Assembly: GCA_946965045.2 (NCBI GenBank) | Contig: OX337238.1 | Coordinates: 2,852,001-2,916,000, forward strand | Length of the DNA stretch: 64,000 nt | Reading direction: 5' to 3' | Source: Epithemia pelagica | Lineage: Eukaryota; Protista; Bacillariophyta | Shown: piece after piece, positions 35,987-47,722 of the stretch | Position numbering within the stretch: the first letter of the stretch is position 1 | How the letters are laid out: each line of letters opens with the position of its first letter | The notes under the pieces: model-generated | Seen by the model: only the letters and a program-made list of their open reading frames with translations | What the model was told of the DNA's origin: nothing | The model's database searches: none | Program-made: the position numbers and the translations under genes

Positions 35987-38326
35987 AAAGTGTTAATTGA
36001 GAAATACAGGTACTAGTAGTAAAACATAGTGATGCGAATGAGTTCTATAGGGTTGCTGTTTTCTGCACCGTCTTGTCCTCGTGTTGGCGAAAAAAGTGGT
36101 AGTGGTGTATGGCCTGAAGCTGTCCTTGGCTTTTGTTGCAACGATAATCCGTTTTTGAACTCGGCCCCTATACATTGCATCGCAAAAATTACCACACCAA
36201 TGGATACGAAATGCTCATCCTTTCCAAAGCTGTGCTGCTGCTCAATTCGGTTTGCGCAAAGAAGCAATCGTAATACTTTCTGCGTTCATTCTCACTGTCC
36301 GACAAAAATCCTGAACACTTTTCTCAAGACTCATTGTTAAAGGTCCAATGCTGTTGTGTTTTCGCAGCTGCCGGCATCAAGTCAGTGAGCAAAGAAACTG
36401 GTCTGCAGACAAGTATGGCATTCCTGGTCGCAAAGCAACCTTTCTTCTAGTATACGGGACGAGAAAGCGAACGAACCCGACCAAAGTTGACAGAAAGATG
36501 TTTTCCACATGTCAAGGATCGGCTCGTTTGAGTCAAACTACTAGTGTTCGCAAAGGGAGGTTGGATATTCCAGAATGACAACTGGCACCCGAGTTGGCTA
36601 TTGTGAATGCAACTGGCCCTTGTCGTGATGCAAGTCGTGAACAAACCGAGTTGCCCTGCGTGTGACATAGCATGCCTCCAGTTGTCGCCTTGATGAACTA
36701 GAGTTGGTGACCCCACTCTTCAACTCCATGTGACAAAAGATCGTAACGCCGAACCGTTGGTCTTTTTGTATCAAGGGGCCTTTCAGGCATGTCACTACGT
36801 GGAACGAGAGGTGAACCACACATCAGTGTTTGCAGGGGCGGGCAGTCGAGAACAACACCAAGGCATCGTTCTCCCGAATTCGAGCAACCAGACAGAGTGT
36901 CCAAACACTTTTATGTGTTGACCTTTTGACACGACACCATCACCAACGCCACGATACGTTGTCCTGGTCGAATTCAAGCCTGGGAAAGTATAGCGAGGCA
37001 GGGGGTTCCGAAACTTGGGGGGTTCTAAAGGCGTCATGGTGAAGAGTCGTGTAGGTGAACAGATGCTGGATTCATGAAGTGGTCTGTCTATTTGGGAATG
37101 GAAGGCACCAATGACCAATGAGGGTATTGTTGTGTGCTGTTCGTATACTTGGTGGCCGTCAATTTGGAGCGATTCGAGGCGCACTGGTCAAACACGACAT
37201 CAAACTACAAAAGAATCAAACAACACTTAATGAGAGAGTACATTCCACAACCAAACCACCGAACCGTGAATTGGATTTCTTGGCCGTACCTATCGACAAG
37301 AGCCAAACCAAACAGGGCGACGATGTGAAAGGGAGAAAATGGCTCTGTGAACGAGTTTCCGTGGAAACAACCCATTACGAGTGTCGAGAATGCACGCCAG
37401 AGACGAGACTGTTCGAGTATACTTCTCTGTTCGTTTTGGTCCTCTTCCAGCTCCCATTCATCGTGGTCTGTGCACAATCAGCAAAAATTGTAACCACCAC
37501 TACCATCGCAACGAGAGACCAACGAAGTCAACAAACATCAAGTGATAATTGTGTCACCGCCTTTCGGCATTCCTCTCATGGATGCAACATTCCGTCTCTC
37601 TGATCTCTCTCATAATATCTCTTCAAAGAAAAAGCGCGCGTACGCGCCGACCGGCCGCATGCCGACCGAAGATTCCCGTAAAAACTCAAAAAGTGTCTTG
37701 GAATCCGTGCGACTGATCATTCGTTCACGCGGGATCCAAACCGAAGCTTTTCATTTTCTTTCGAAAAATCGAGACCAAACGACAGAAAGAAGAAGACTCT
37801 TGCTGTCAACCACAAGTCCATGTCGTCGAAGCCTTTGATGCTTTGTTGTGATGCTCTTCCAGAGTGAAGAAAGATTCCCGGTCCCTTTATTATGGGTATT
37901 TGCCCTGAGGTATTTGTGCCGGTTGCATCTATATGATTCTTCGTGTCGCTTCCCCAGGCCCGGTGCCAATTTCAAGTGATCTCGAAAGGAGGTTCGAAGG
38001 TCTTCTAGAATTGGATTGTCAGCGTGTTCGTGGAATCTCTGGTTTTGAGCCCGGGTCGCTTTTTCTGTTTTTCGTGGATGGTTTTGGACCCGTTCATCTG
38101 TCCAAGGCCATCCATCCGATGAATGATTGAAATCGCTGCTGTGGAGGTGCGTCCGTCGTTGCTGCCGTCTTTCGTTCCAGTTTTGGACAGAATATTCAGT
38201 CCAACCACGTCCATCTCTCTGCCGTTTGTCATTCAAGGCCGGCGGAGGCCACATTGTAGTATTTTCTGTGGTTTCGAGAAGAAAGACGATCCATACCTTG
38301 GTGTTGTCATAAAATCTGCATGTACC

Positions 38327-39010
38327 ATGACGACAACACTGCATATTGTCGTCATTGGTGGATCCAACGGATGCCTTTTGTCGTCGGTTGATATAATCGA
38401 TACAGCCATCACAAGCAACCACACCGTGATTGTGGGACCATCCATGACAGTTCCTCGGTCTGGTTCTGCAAGTGCTGTCATTGGTGATCGCATTTTTGTT
38501 GTTGGAGGCCTCACTGGGTATAATTTAGAAGATCTCAAATCAGTGGAGTACGTGGAGATTCCTGATCCTTCAGGCAATGAGACAAAGGCCACAGCAGGTG
38601 CAGCGTTTCCATCCTCATTTCGTTGGACACTTCATCACAAGCTCAAGCTTTCCATCCTCCCGACTAGACATGCAGTTGTAGCTGTTGGATCATGTCTGAT
38701 TGTTATGGGAGGTTCTGTTGATGTCTTGGATACTCGACGAAACACAGTGTGGACCTTTCCCCCATCAACAGGTTACCGTTGTGCCTACAGTGCTGTGGTT
38801 CACTCGAGGGGAATAGCTGTGATTGGTGGAAATGGCAATGCTGCTTGTGCGACACTCTCTTTGGTTGACAAGAATACGTGGTGTTTTCGTCGACTCATTG
38901 AGCAGGTGCCGAGTACAATCTTTGGGACAAGAACAAACTCACTTCCATCTGCTCCGAAACGCACTACACCATCGAACGAGCTAACCAGAGATGAAGACAA
39001 TGTCAATTGA
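38327..39010 (+). CDS. Kelch copy 10, internally deleted in frame (227 aa, about 3.5 blades)
   Basis: The conserved start context is followed by MTTTLH joined directly to IVVIGGSNG, so about 164 codons (blades 1-2 and half of blade 3) are missing relative to copy 1. The rest is open to a stop. Confidence 0.85.
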   Translation: MTTTLHIVVIGGSNGCLLSSVDIIDTAITSNHTVIVGPSMTVPRSGSASAVIGDRIFVVGGLTGYNLEDLKSVEYVEIPDPSGNETKATAGAAFPSSFRWTLHHKLKLSILPTRHAVVAVGSCLIVMGGSVDVLDTRRNTVWTFPPSTGYRCAYSAVVHSRGIAVIGGNGNAACATLSLVDKNTWCFRRLIEQVPSTIFGTRTNSLPSAPKRTTPSNELTRDEDNVN

Positions 39011-39171
39011 GACATAAAAATACCAGGAGTATGACGCAGTCATGAGAATGAGAGTTCGAAGTGCTTGCTGTTCTTCCTGAGAAGAAGACGCGTTTACAAA
39101 CATGCTGGGAGTGTACGTTGTGTAACACAAACGAACGACAGCAAACATATAGTTACAACTCACCTCAAGTA

Positions 39172-40348
39172 ATCACTTTGTGTTGTTGGTACGATCTTTT
39201 GTAGCACAAGGAACGATTCATGTGGGCTGGTCATAGCACAAGTGGAAGAAAAAACAGTCGGTCTACTCTTGGGTAGAACATCCTCCAAAATGGTCCACAA
39301 TTCATACGACACAGGCACTGGCAAAAAATCCATGCCCCAATTGGTGTTTGATCCAAAGAAGAATCGTGATATGGCAAAAGTCGTACCATGCGTAGTCCTT
39401 CATATCATTGGGTTCATGTTCTGTACTTTGTAGTCGTCCTCACGGCGGATGCAATTATGGGAGAGACAATGTGGTTGGTGTTTTGACAGAGTTGATCGAC
39501 ACGGCGTGTCTGTTGCAAAATCTCCTCGTGAAACCACGATTCCAAAGAATGGGGCTTCGAAACGTCATCCTGGAGGTCATCCTCGGTTTTTTGTAGGAAT
39601 GAAATTGTCCATACAGCACTGCAGTTAATGATTGGAACAGGGGGTTCCTTCCAGAATGACAGTAACCCACCATTTGCCAAACTCACCGCACTTTGGTTAT
39701 TCACGACCTTTGCGACATCTTGTTCCAGATCCACGTCCCAGGAGGTGGAGTGTACCGTGTCTCCGGCTTCCGACGACGACTAGACGAGGGACGGGGGAGA
39801 CTCCAAGACCATGCATGCGTCTACATAATCAAAGACCATGCATTCTTCATCATCCTCTTCTTGTTCGATAGTTGATCGTGTCGGTACTGTCGCTTCTGGT
39901 TGACCAAGGATGATGATAACGACGACAAGGACGACAATGAGGAGGAATACGAAACCAATCGTTGATGGTTTCGAGTGATGGACGACGACAAGACCCTTGT
40001 ACTGGTAGTACTGTTGGGAACAATCGTTGGTGTCACGTGATTGTCGTTGATGTTGTTTGGAGGGTCTTGCAGTTGAAGTGGTGGTGGTGGTCCAAGAGAC
40101 CCACTGCCAACTGCACCATCTGGCCTAACGTGACTCAGCTCATGGTCCAGATGGTTGTTGTCATGTTTCTTCTTCCTGTGTTGGGTGATGGTGTCGTGAA
40201 CCAATGTTTGCTTCGTTTTTCGGTAGGAGTTCTTCTTCTTCTAGTGGTTGTCCGTTCGGGTGGAGATGGGTGTGAAATTGAGGAGAATGCTTTGCCGTTT
40301 GCTTGCTTCTTTGTTGTTGTGTACTACGACTTTGTATGGTTCATGATG

Positions 40349-40392
<44 letters not shown>

Positions 40393-40550
40393 CGTCCTCG
40401 TCGTCCTCCTTCGTCTTGTTACCAATGAGGAGCGTGTGTTGTCTTGAAAGTTGGGGAAGGAGAACCCTTTGCCTGTTATAGTCCGTACAACAGTCGTACA
40501 CTCCTTCATATGTGATAGCCCCAGACTCCAAGGACTTCACCCAAACTTGA
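39172..40550 (-). pseudogene. Family X remnant
   Basis: ORFs 39414..39734, 39821..40204 and 40324..40509 are homologous to X fragments elsewhere. Confidence 0.5.
40352..40389. repeat. (CT)19 microsatellite in an X remnant
   Basis: Direct reading; paralogous sites at ~16741 and ~61563 have only 4-5 units. Confidence 0.95.
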
Positions 40551-40878
40551 AGTCTGTTGTTTGGGGATATCGTTAATTGTTACTACGACTTTCTTTTTCT
40601 TTCCGGAACCTATTTGATGGTCTCTCTTTTTTCGTCCTCGTCTCTTTTCGACGCCCTTTTACAGTTAGCAGTTAGCATCGCAGTCCTACACCCTGCACTC
40701 ACTTCTGTACTACTTTTATCTCATTGGAAGGCATCCGAGTCCCGAGTCCGAATTACTATACTCGAACCTCCGATTCCGATCCCGTCTGAGACGCCCGCGA
40801 CTCGACATAAAAAATAATGAGTCCCCGTCTGTCCGAGTCACGGATGTCACGGGCCAACAAAAAAAAGAGGCACTGTTA

Positions 40879-40960
40879 AAAAAAAAAGGGAATATCTATT
40901 TTAACGCTGCCGCACGCTCCCCGCAGGGAGACGTCGACCGACGCGCCGGGCCAAAAATAG
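40879..40960. other. 82-bp GC-rich indel between two TTA triplets
   Basis: Absent at the paralogous site 839-844 (gttattattttct); contains a CTATTTT/AAAATAG inverted pair and an A-run. Confidence 0.55.
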
Positions 40961-41667
40961 TTATTTTCTCAGCTTTGGCCTGGTAGTCGCACTAAAGATC
41001 CACCATCCTTTTTTGTTGGCAGAATCACCATGACGACCTACGGACAAAACGACGGCCCACACACATTCGCACACGTTTCCAGTGTGTTTGTTGTGTCAAG
41101 AATGATAATGATGATCGAGTGATGGCGGCAATCCTCCAGACACACTCACTCACTCCGATGAACAGCACTCTCCAACTGCCATGACGGATGATTTGCGCAG
41201 AGAATGGTTCCTTTTTTGGGAGGATGATGCCAGCCACGAAACTCTCATCCTGTCGTAGTCCCTAGTCCCCGGAACCCTCGTTGCTGAATTTCGCGGGTCC
41301 TTTTTGGGCCACTATATAATACATGAGGATGATACCCAGCCCGAAACGCCGCCATGAATCTCTTCACCAATTATCCTCGAACCAAACCAAAATAAAACAA
41401 AACCATGGAGCCACATTCACAACCACAAGGACGAGGACTACACAATGCTGCTAATACAAAAGGCAGCAGGAGACTAGCATTCTACCATTACCATTGGCAC
41501 TGTTTCGCAACGACTTGTTGAGTTGCGACACTGCTCGTGCCACACAGTGAGGAGAGAACGAGCGATGATGAGGCTAATGATTGAACCATGAGCTCACAAA
41601 GAAGAGCGAACCAAAGTCGCTGTCTCAACGTGGAAGCTCCTAGCATTCGCGTTTGCCAGTGTGGGAC

Positions 41668-42376
41668 TACCTTTACCACTCGTTGTCCTACCCTTCCCCA
41701 CTCACTGAGGACTCACTGAGGAGTAAGTTACTCCCCACACTCACACTACCTAAGCCCCAAAAATTACTGTACTTAGATGTTTTATCTAGTCTAGATCGTG
41801 GTCGGGTCGCGAGTCGCGAGAGTAGTGGGGGATGGGAGACATTGACTCTAAGTATTCTGTCACACTATTTATGCAAAAAGCATGCCTCGGAGTTTGATTG
41901 GCATGCAAAAATTGTGAGATAAATAATACTTAGACATAAAGCGTTCTAAATCATCCGATGAAATCGGATGAGGTCACTTAAGTTACGGGGAACATTTAAA
42001 GATTACCTAGTGCCCCATCGAAAGTAGGGCAAGCTTTATTGTCTAACACTAATTAGGATCACGACTACTAAGTATCCATTGAGAGAACCGATCACTTAGG
42101 AAGACCGAAGATTACCTAGGGTGCACTGGCACGACTCCTCGTGACAAAGGAAGCTAACATACTTTAATAGCCCGGGGGGACTCCTCGTCGCAGGGCGCTC
42201 CTCGTGGCTTAACTCCTCGTCGGGCAATAGCTTCTCGTCGTGGACTGCCCCCTCGATCCGCTTACGCGGATCTCACAGGGGCAGTCCACTCCTCGTCGCT
42301 ATTGCCCTTCTCGGAGGTAAGCCATTCCTCACACCCTAGCTCCTCCTCATCCGCCCTCAGCTATTAAAGTAGACTT
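41668..42376. mobile_element. Unclassified 709-bp non-coding insertion, highly self-complementary
   Basis: Interrupts gtgtgggac|aaccgtgtgtg, which is contiguous in paralogs (e.g. ~1540-1560, ~19090-19110), with at most a 2-bp AC duplication. No TIR, LTR or poly(A) tail; many hairpins. Confidence 0.75.
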
Positions 42377-42976
42377 ACAACCGTGTGTGATCGATGATTG
42401 GATTGGAACCTATGGATTTGGCCCATTTCGTTGCGCATGGAGGAGGATAGAGCGTTTGGCTGTGATGCTGATGTATTGTACAAACAGCTAGAAGGAATTT
42501 GAAAAGTGCCTCAAGACTGTAACGGACAAGTACTGCTAAATTACCAATATACAGTGGCAAAGGGGTTCCAGTGAGGCCACGCGTTCTTCGAAGTGGCAAA
42601 AGGGGTTTCAGTGAGGCCACGCGTTCTTCTAAATGGTCAGTGTATTCGTGGAATCTCTGGATTTGTGCCGAAGCAGTTATTTTCGTGGATGGTTTTGGAC
42701 CCGTTCATCTGTCCAAAGTCATCCGATCAATAAGAGAAGGATGGTTTTGGACGTGTTCATCTGTCCAAGGCCATCCATCCGAGAATATACGACCATGATT
42801 CAAATCGCCGCGTAGAGGTGCATCCGTCGTTGCTGCCGTCTTTGGTTCCTGCTTTGGTGTGAAAGGTCCAAAATATTCAGTCCATTTTGTTCGGAGTCCA
42901 TTTTCGTATTTTTTTGAGGAGAAAGACGAAACTCTGAGGTCCATTCCTTGGTGTTGTCATAAAATCTGCAAGTACC

Positions 42977-44188
42977 ATGACGACTACACAGCAACAGCAT
43001 GCAAACCAATCTGGGCTTGCCTTTCTCGACATTAATAATAACAGTAACGAGCCACATTGGAATACCAGTGACTGGCCAACCCTTTTGGGTGGGTGGCGTT
43101 ATTCGCATGCATCGGTTGTGCTCGACCATCCCGACCAGGATAACACTGCACAGACGGTTGTAGTTTTGGGAGGAGACAAACAAGGTCAAGGCTTTACCAA
43201 CTCAGTTCTGCTGATGAATCTGGCAGAAAAAACCAAGCAATGGCGGGAAGGACCGCCGTTAAATAGCAACCGAGCCTATCATGCTGCGGTGATTTGTAAC
43301 GGAGGAGTTTACGTTATCGGAGGACACAATGGAAGTTCACGTTTGGATAGTATCGAACGGATTGATGTCGAAAATTTGTGTTCCGAATCCATGGAAAGCT
43401 CTACCAGCAACCAATGGAAGACCGTGACTTGTCGACTATCTACGAGAAGAAATGAATGTTCGGCTGTTGTCGTGCACAATCGCTATATTGTCGTGATCGG
43501 TGGATCCAATCGAAACTTATTGTCGTCGGTTGATATAATCGATACAGCTGTGAAAAGCAACCACACAGTGATTGTGGGGTCATCCATGACAGTTCCTCGT
43601 TGTGGTTGTGCAAGTGCTGTCATTGGTCATCGCATTTTTGTTGTTGGAGGCTGCAATGGGCACTCTGGAGAAGATCTCAAATCAGTGGAGTACTTGGAAA
43701 TTCATGAACCTCCAGGCAATGAGACAATGACCACAGCAGGTGCAGTGTTTCCATCCTCCTGCCGTTGGACACGTCATGACAAGCTTGAGCTTTCCATGTC
43801 ACGCTGTCAGCATGCAGTTGTAGCTGTAGGATCATGTCTGATTGTTATGGGAGGCTACTTTGGCGTGGACACTGCAGAAGTCTTGGATACTCGCCGAAAC
43901 GCTGTGTGGACCTTTCCCCAATTATCAGGGCAGCGTTATATCTCCGATGCAGTGGTTCACTCGAGGGGAATTGCTGTGATTAGTGGAGATGACAATGCTT
44001 CTTGTGCGACACTATCGTTGTTTGACAAGAATACGTGGTGTTTTCGTCGACTTATTGAGCAGGTGCCGAGTACAATCTTTGGGACCAGAACAGACTCACT
44101 GCGATCTGCTCTGGAAGCTACTAAAGTATTGAAGGAGTTTGATGAACGCCCTAATAAGAAGTTATCAACTGGGAAAACTCAAACGTAG
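42977..44188 (+). CDS. Kelch copy 11, type A/type B chimera (403 aa)
   Basis: 5' part and upstream flank are type A (MTTTQQQHANQ, WKTVTCRLSTRRNEC). 3' part (GGCNGHSGEDL, MSRCQH, GGYFGVD, RYISDAVV, SALEAT) and downstream flank are type B. Confidence 0.92.
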   Translation: MTTTQQQHANQSGLAFLDINNNSNEPHWNTSDWPTLLGGWRYSHASVVLDHPDQDNTAQTVVVLGGDKQGQGFTNSVLLMNLAEKTKQWREGPPLNSNRAYHAAVICNGGVYVIGGHNGSSRLDSIERIDVENLCSESMESSTSNQWKTVTCRLSTRRNECSAVVVHNRYIVVIGGSNRNLLSSVDIIDTAVKSNHTVIVGSSMTVPRCGCASAVIGHRIFVVGGCNGHSGEDLKSVEYLEIHEPPGNETMTTAGAVFPSSCRWTRHDKLELSMSRCQHAVVAVGSCLIVMGGYFGVDTAEVLDTRRNAVWTFPQLSGQRYISDAVVHSRGIAVISGDDNASCATLSLFDKNTWCFRRLIEQVPSTIFGTRTDSLRSALEATKVLKEFDERPNKKLSTGKTQT

Positions 44189-44442
44189 AAAGTGTGAATT
44201 GAGAAATACAAGTACTAGAAGTAAAACATAGTGATGCGAATGAGTTCTATAGGGTTGCTGTTTTCTGCACCGTCTTGTCCTTGTGATGGCGAAAAAAGTG
44301 GTAGTGGTGTATGGCTGGAAGCTGCCCTTGGCTTTTGTTGCAACGATATTCCGTTTTTGAACTCGGCCCCTATACATTGCATCGCAAAAATCACCACACC
44401 AATGGATACGAAATGCTCATCCTTTCCATGCCTTGCTGCTGC

Positions 44443-45560
44443 TCAATTCGGTTTGCGCAAAGAAGCAATCGTAATACTTTCTGCGTTCATTGTCACTGTC
44501 CGACAAAAATCCTGAACACTTTTCTCAAGACTCATTGTCAAAGGTCCAATGCTGTTGTGTTTTCGCAACTGCCGGCAACAAGCCAGTGAGCGAACAAACT
44601 GGTCTGTAGACAAGTATGGCATTCCTGGTCGCAAAGCAACATTTCTTCTTGTATACGGGACGAGAAAGCGAACGAACCCGACCAAAGTTGACAGGAAGAT
44701 GTCATCCACATGTCAAGGATCGGTGCGTTTGAGTCATACTACGAGTGTTCGCGGTAGGAGATTGGATATTCCAGAATGGCAACTGGCACCCATATTGGCC
44801 GTTGTGAATGCAACTTGCCCTTGTCGTGATGCAAGTCGTGAACAAACCGAGTTGCCCTGCGTGTGACATAGGATGCCTCCAGTTGTCGCCTTGATGAACT
44901 AGAGTTGGTGACCCCACTCTTCAACTCCATGTAACAAAAGATCGTAACGCCGAACCGTTGGTCTTTTTCAATCAAGGGGCCTTTCAGGCATGTCACTACG
45001 TGGAACGAGAGGTGAACCACACGTCAGTGCTTGCAGGGGCGGGCAGTCGAGAACAACACTAAGGCATCGTTCTCCCGAATTCGAGCAACCAGACAGAGTG
45101 TCCAAACACTTTTATGTGTTGACCAATTGACACGACGCCATCACCAACGCCACGATACGTTGTCCTGGTCGAATTCAAGCCTGGGATAGTATTGCAAGGC
45201 AGGGGGTTCCGAAACTTGGGGGCGTCGTGGTGAAGAGTCGTGTAGGTGAACAGAGGCAAACCAAGGCTGGATTCATCAAGCGGTCTGTCTGTTTGGGAAT
45301 GGAAGGCACCAATAACCAATGAGGGTATTGTTATGTGCTGTTCGTATACTTTTGGTGGCCGTCAATTTGGAGCGATTCGAGGCGCACTGGTCTAACACGA
45401 CATTCCACAACCAAACCACCGAACCGTGAATTGGATTTCTTGGCCGTACCTATCGACAAGAGCAACACCAAGCAGGGGGATGATGTGAAAGGGAGAAAAT
45501 GACTCTGTGAACGAGTTTCCGTGGAAGCAACCCATTACGACTGTCGAGAATGTACGCCAG
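44443..45560 (-). pseudogene. Degenerate gene 'Y' of unknown family, downstream of type-B Kelch genes
   Basis: Protein-like fragments (FRNPLP..PGLNSTRTTYRGVGDG; WVPVAILEYPIS; DIFLSTLVGFVRFLVPY..PYLSTDQFVRSLACC) recur at 84..585, 6700..7420 and 36250..37500 with different stops. Confidence 0.35.
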
Positions 45561-47013
45561 AGACGAGACTGTTCGAGTATACTTCTCTGTTCGTTTTGGT
45601 CCTCTTCCAGCTCCCATTCATCTTGGTCTGTGCACAGTCATCAAAAATTGTAACCACCACTACCATCACAACGAGAGACCAAGGAAGTCAACAAACATCA
45701 AGTGACTGGAATTCAGTGGTCATTGTGTTATTGAGTCGCCGCCTTTCGGCATTCCACTCATGGTTCATCATTCCGTCTCTATTATATCATGTGATCTCTT
45801 CCAAAGAAAAAGCGCGCGTACGCGCCGACCGGCCCGCTTCCGCAACCTTGCCGACCGAAGATTCCCGTGAAAACTCGAAAAATGTCTTGGAATCCGTGCG
45901 ACTGATCGTTCGTTCACGCGGGATTCAAACCGAAGCTTTTCAGTTTTTCGAAAAATCATGACCAAACGACAGAAAGAAGACTCTTGGTATCAACCACAAG
46001 TCCATGTCGTCGAAGCCTTTGATGCTTTGTTTTGGTCTTCAAGGTTGGAGAATGAGTCCCGGTCCCTTTAAAATGGGTACTTGCCCTGAGGTATTTGCGC
46101 CGGTTGCATATAGTATTGTGTTGTTGTCGCTTCCCCAGGTCCGGCGCCAATTTCAAGTGATCTCGAAAGGAGGTTCGAAGGTCTTCTAGGCTCCAGTGAG
46201 GCCACGCGTTCTTCCAAAATTGGATTGGCAGTGCGTTCGTGGAATCTCTGGCTTTGTGCGGAAGCGGCTTTTTTTCGTGGATGGTTTTGGACCCGTTCAT
46301 CTGTGCAATTGTGCCGGGTTGGCTTTTTCTTTCGTGGATGGTTTTGGACCCGTTCATCTGTCCAAGGTCATCCAATGAAGAAGGACAATCGCCGCCGTGG
46401 AGGTGCGTCCGTCGTCGCTACCGTTTTTGGTTCCTGTTTTGGTGTGAAAGGTCCAGAACAATCGGTCCATCCGTTGATTCCTCGTTTGGAGCGGCATCGT
46501 TCGTCGTTCAAGACCGGCGGAAGCCATTATTTGCTGGTTTGGAGAAGAAAGACGATCCATTCTTTGGTGGTCCTATAAAATCTACAACTACCATGACGAT
46601 GACACTGCAACAGCAAGCACAGCAATCCGCACTTTGCTTTGTGAACAGCGACGATAACAGTGTTGCGCCTCATTGGAATACCAATGATTGGCCTCCCCTT
46701 TTTGGTGGGTGGCGTTCTTCGCATGCATCGGTTGTGCTTGACCATCCCGAACAGGATGACAATGCACAGACGGTTGTAGTTTTTGGAGGAGACAAACAAG
46801 GTCAAGGCTACACCAACTCCGTTCTGTGGCTGAATTTGTCAGAACAAAACAAGCAATGGCAGGAAGGACCGCCGTTGAATAGAAAGCGAGCCCATCATGC
46901 TGCGGTGGTTTGTAGCGGAGGAGTTTATGTGATTGGAGGACACAATGGAAGTTCAACCTTCGGTACTATTGAACGGATTGATGTTGAAAATTTGTGGCAT
47001 GCAGGGGCATCGG

Positions 47014-47722
47014 TGGCAGAATTCTCACCAACAACTAGGTTGTGGTGGAATCTACAACTCATCGACTGATGCTAGTATTTTATGGCATCCGATGACATTT
47101 TCGTAAAAGTGAGAAAAGAATGACGGCATGCTCGCAGACCTTTTAATTTCGGCCAAGGCATGCTCGCAATGCACGCGTTATGAGCGACCGATTGGATATT
47201 AATTATGGCCCAACACGTGCGCGCCCATTATTCTCAAGCGCGTGCAATCAATATCCGAGTACGCACCTCCACGACTTAGCCCAACGGCCTAAGTAACCGA
47301 AGCACGAATCACGATCACGCGAGACCATATCTCTATTCCCACAAATCAAAGAATGCAAACAGCAACGCGCCAAGGAAACTACCTATATCATGACAAAGCA
47401 AGAGCTGTTGGCATTGGTATATGATATACAAGTGCATATACTTCCAATACACAATATCAATGTCTACTCCAACCATACCAGTCCTGTCAGCGCCATGAAT
47501 ATATCAGTCATGCACCCTGACCAGACCTGCACACCCACACACACACCGTAGTCCTAAAGCTCACAATCATTAACATTACCATATCATCACGTCTTCAGTG
47601 TCCTGACTATCCCTACGATAGAACCCTTGGGTTTCCTTTGTTCTCTGACCCGTGGAGAACCTTGGTATCAGTTGGTAATCGATTGTGGCTCTTCTAGAGC
47701 GTGTATTGATGAATCTCTACTA
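47014..47722 (+). repeat. 5' LTR (TG...TA)
   Basis: Direct repeat of 52452..53160; 4 differences found by eye. Confidence 0.95.

Noticed and set aside
41705-41735. Hammerhead ribozyme core (CTGAGGA matches CUGANGA)
   Set aside because: The following hairpin is not followed by GAAA, and I could not build stems I and III. An Infernal search would be needed to exclude variants.
41668-42376. The 709-bp insertion as a solo LTR of the 709-bp-LTR copia element
   Set aside because: Only the length matches. There is no sequence similarity, no TG start on either strand and no 5-bp TSD.
2109-44188. Diversity-generating retroelement as the source of Kelch variation
   Set aside because: Differences between paralogs involve all four bases rather than adenines only, the variants are shared with other paralogs, and no DGR-type RT is present.
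21144-46592. N-terminal extensions of ORFs 21144, 25532, 38123 and 46239
   Set aside because: They start at non-ATG or non-conserved codons in upstream DNA. The conserved start context (tcataaaatctg..accATG) places the starts at 21270, 25583, 38327 and 46593.
47663-47671. TGGTATCAG as the canonical tRNA-Met primer-binding site
   Set aside because: It lies inside the LTR and is present in both LTR copies, about 50 bp before the end defined by the TSD.
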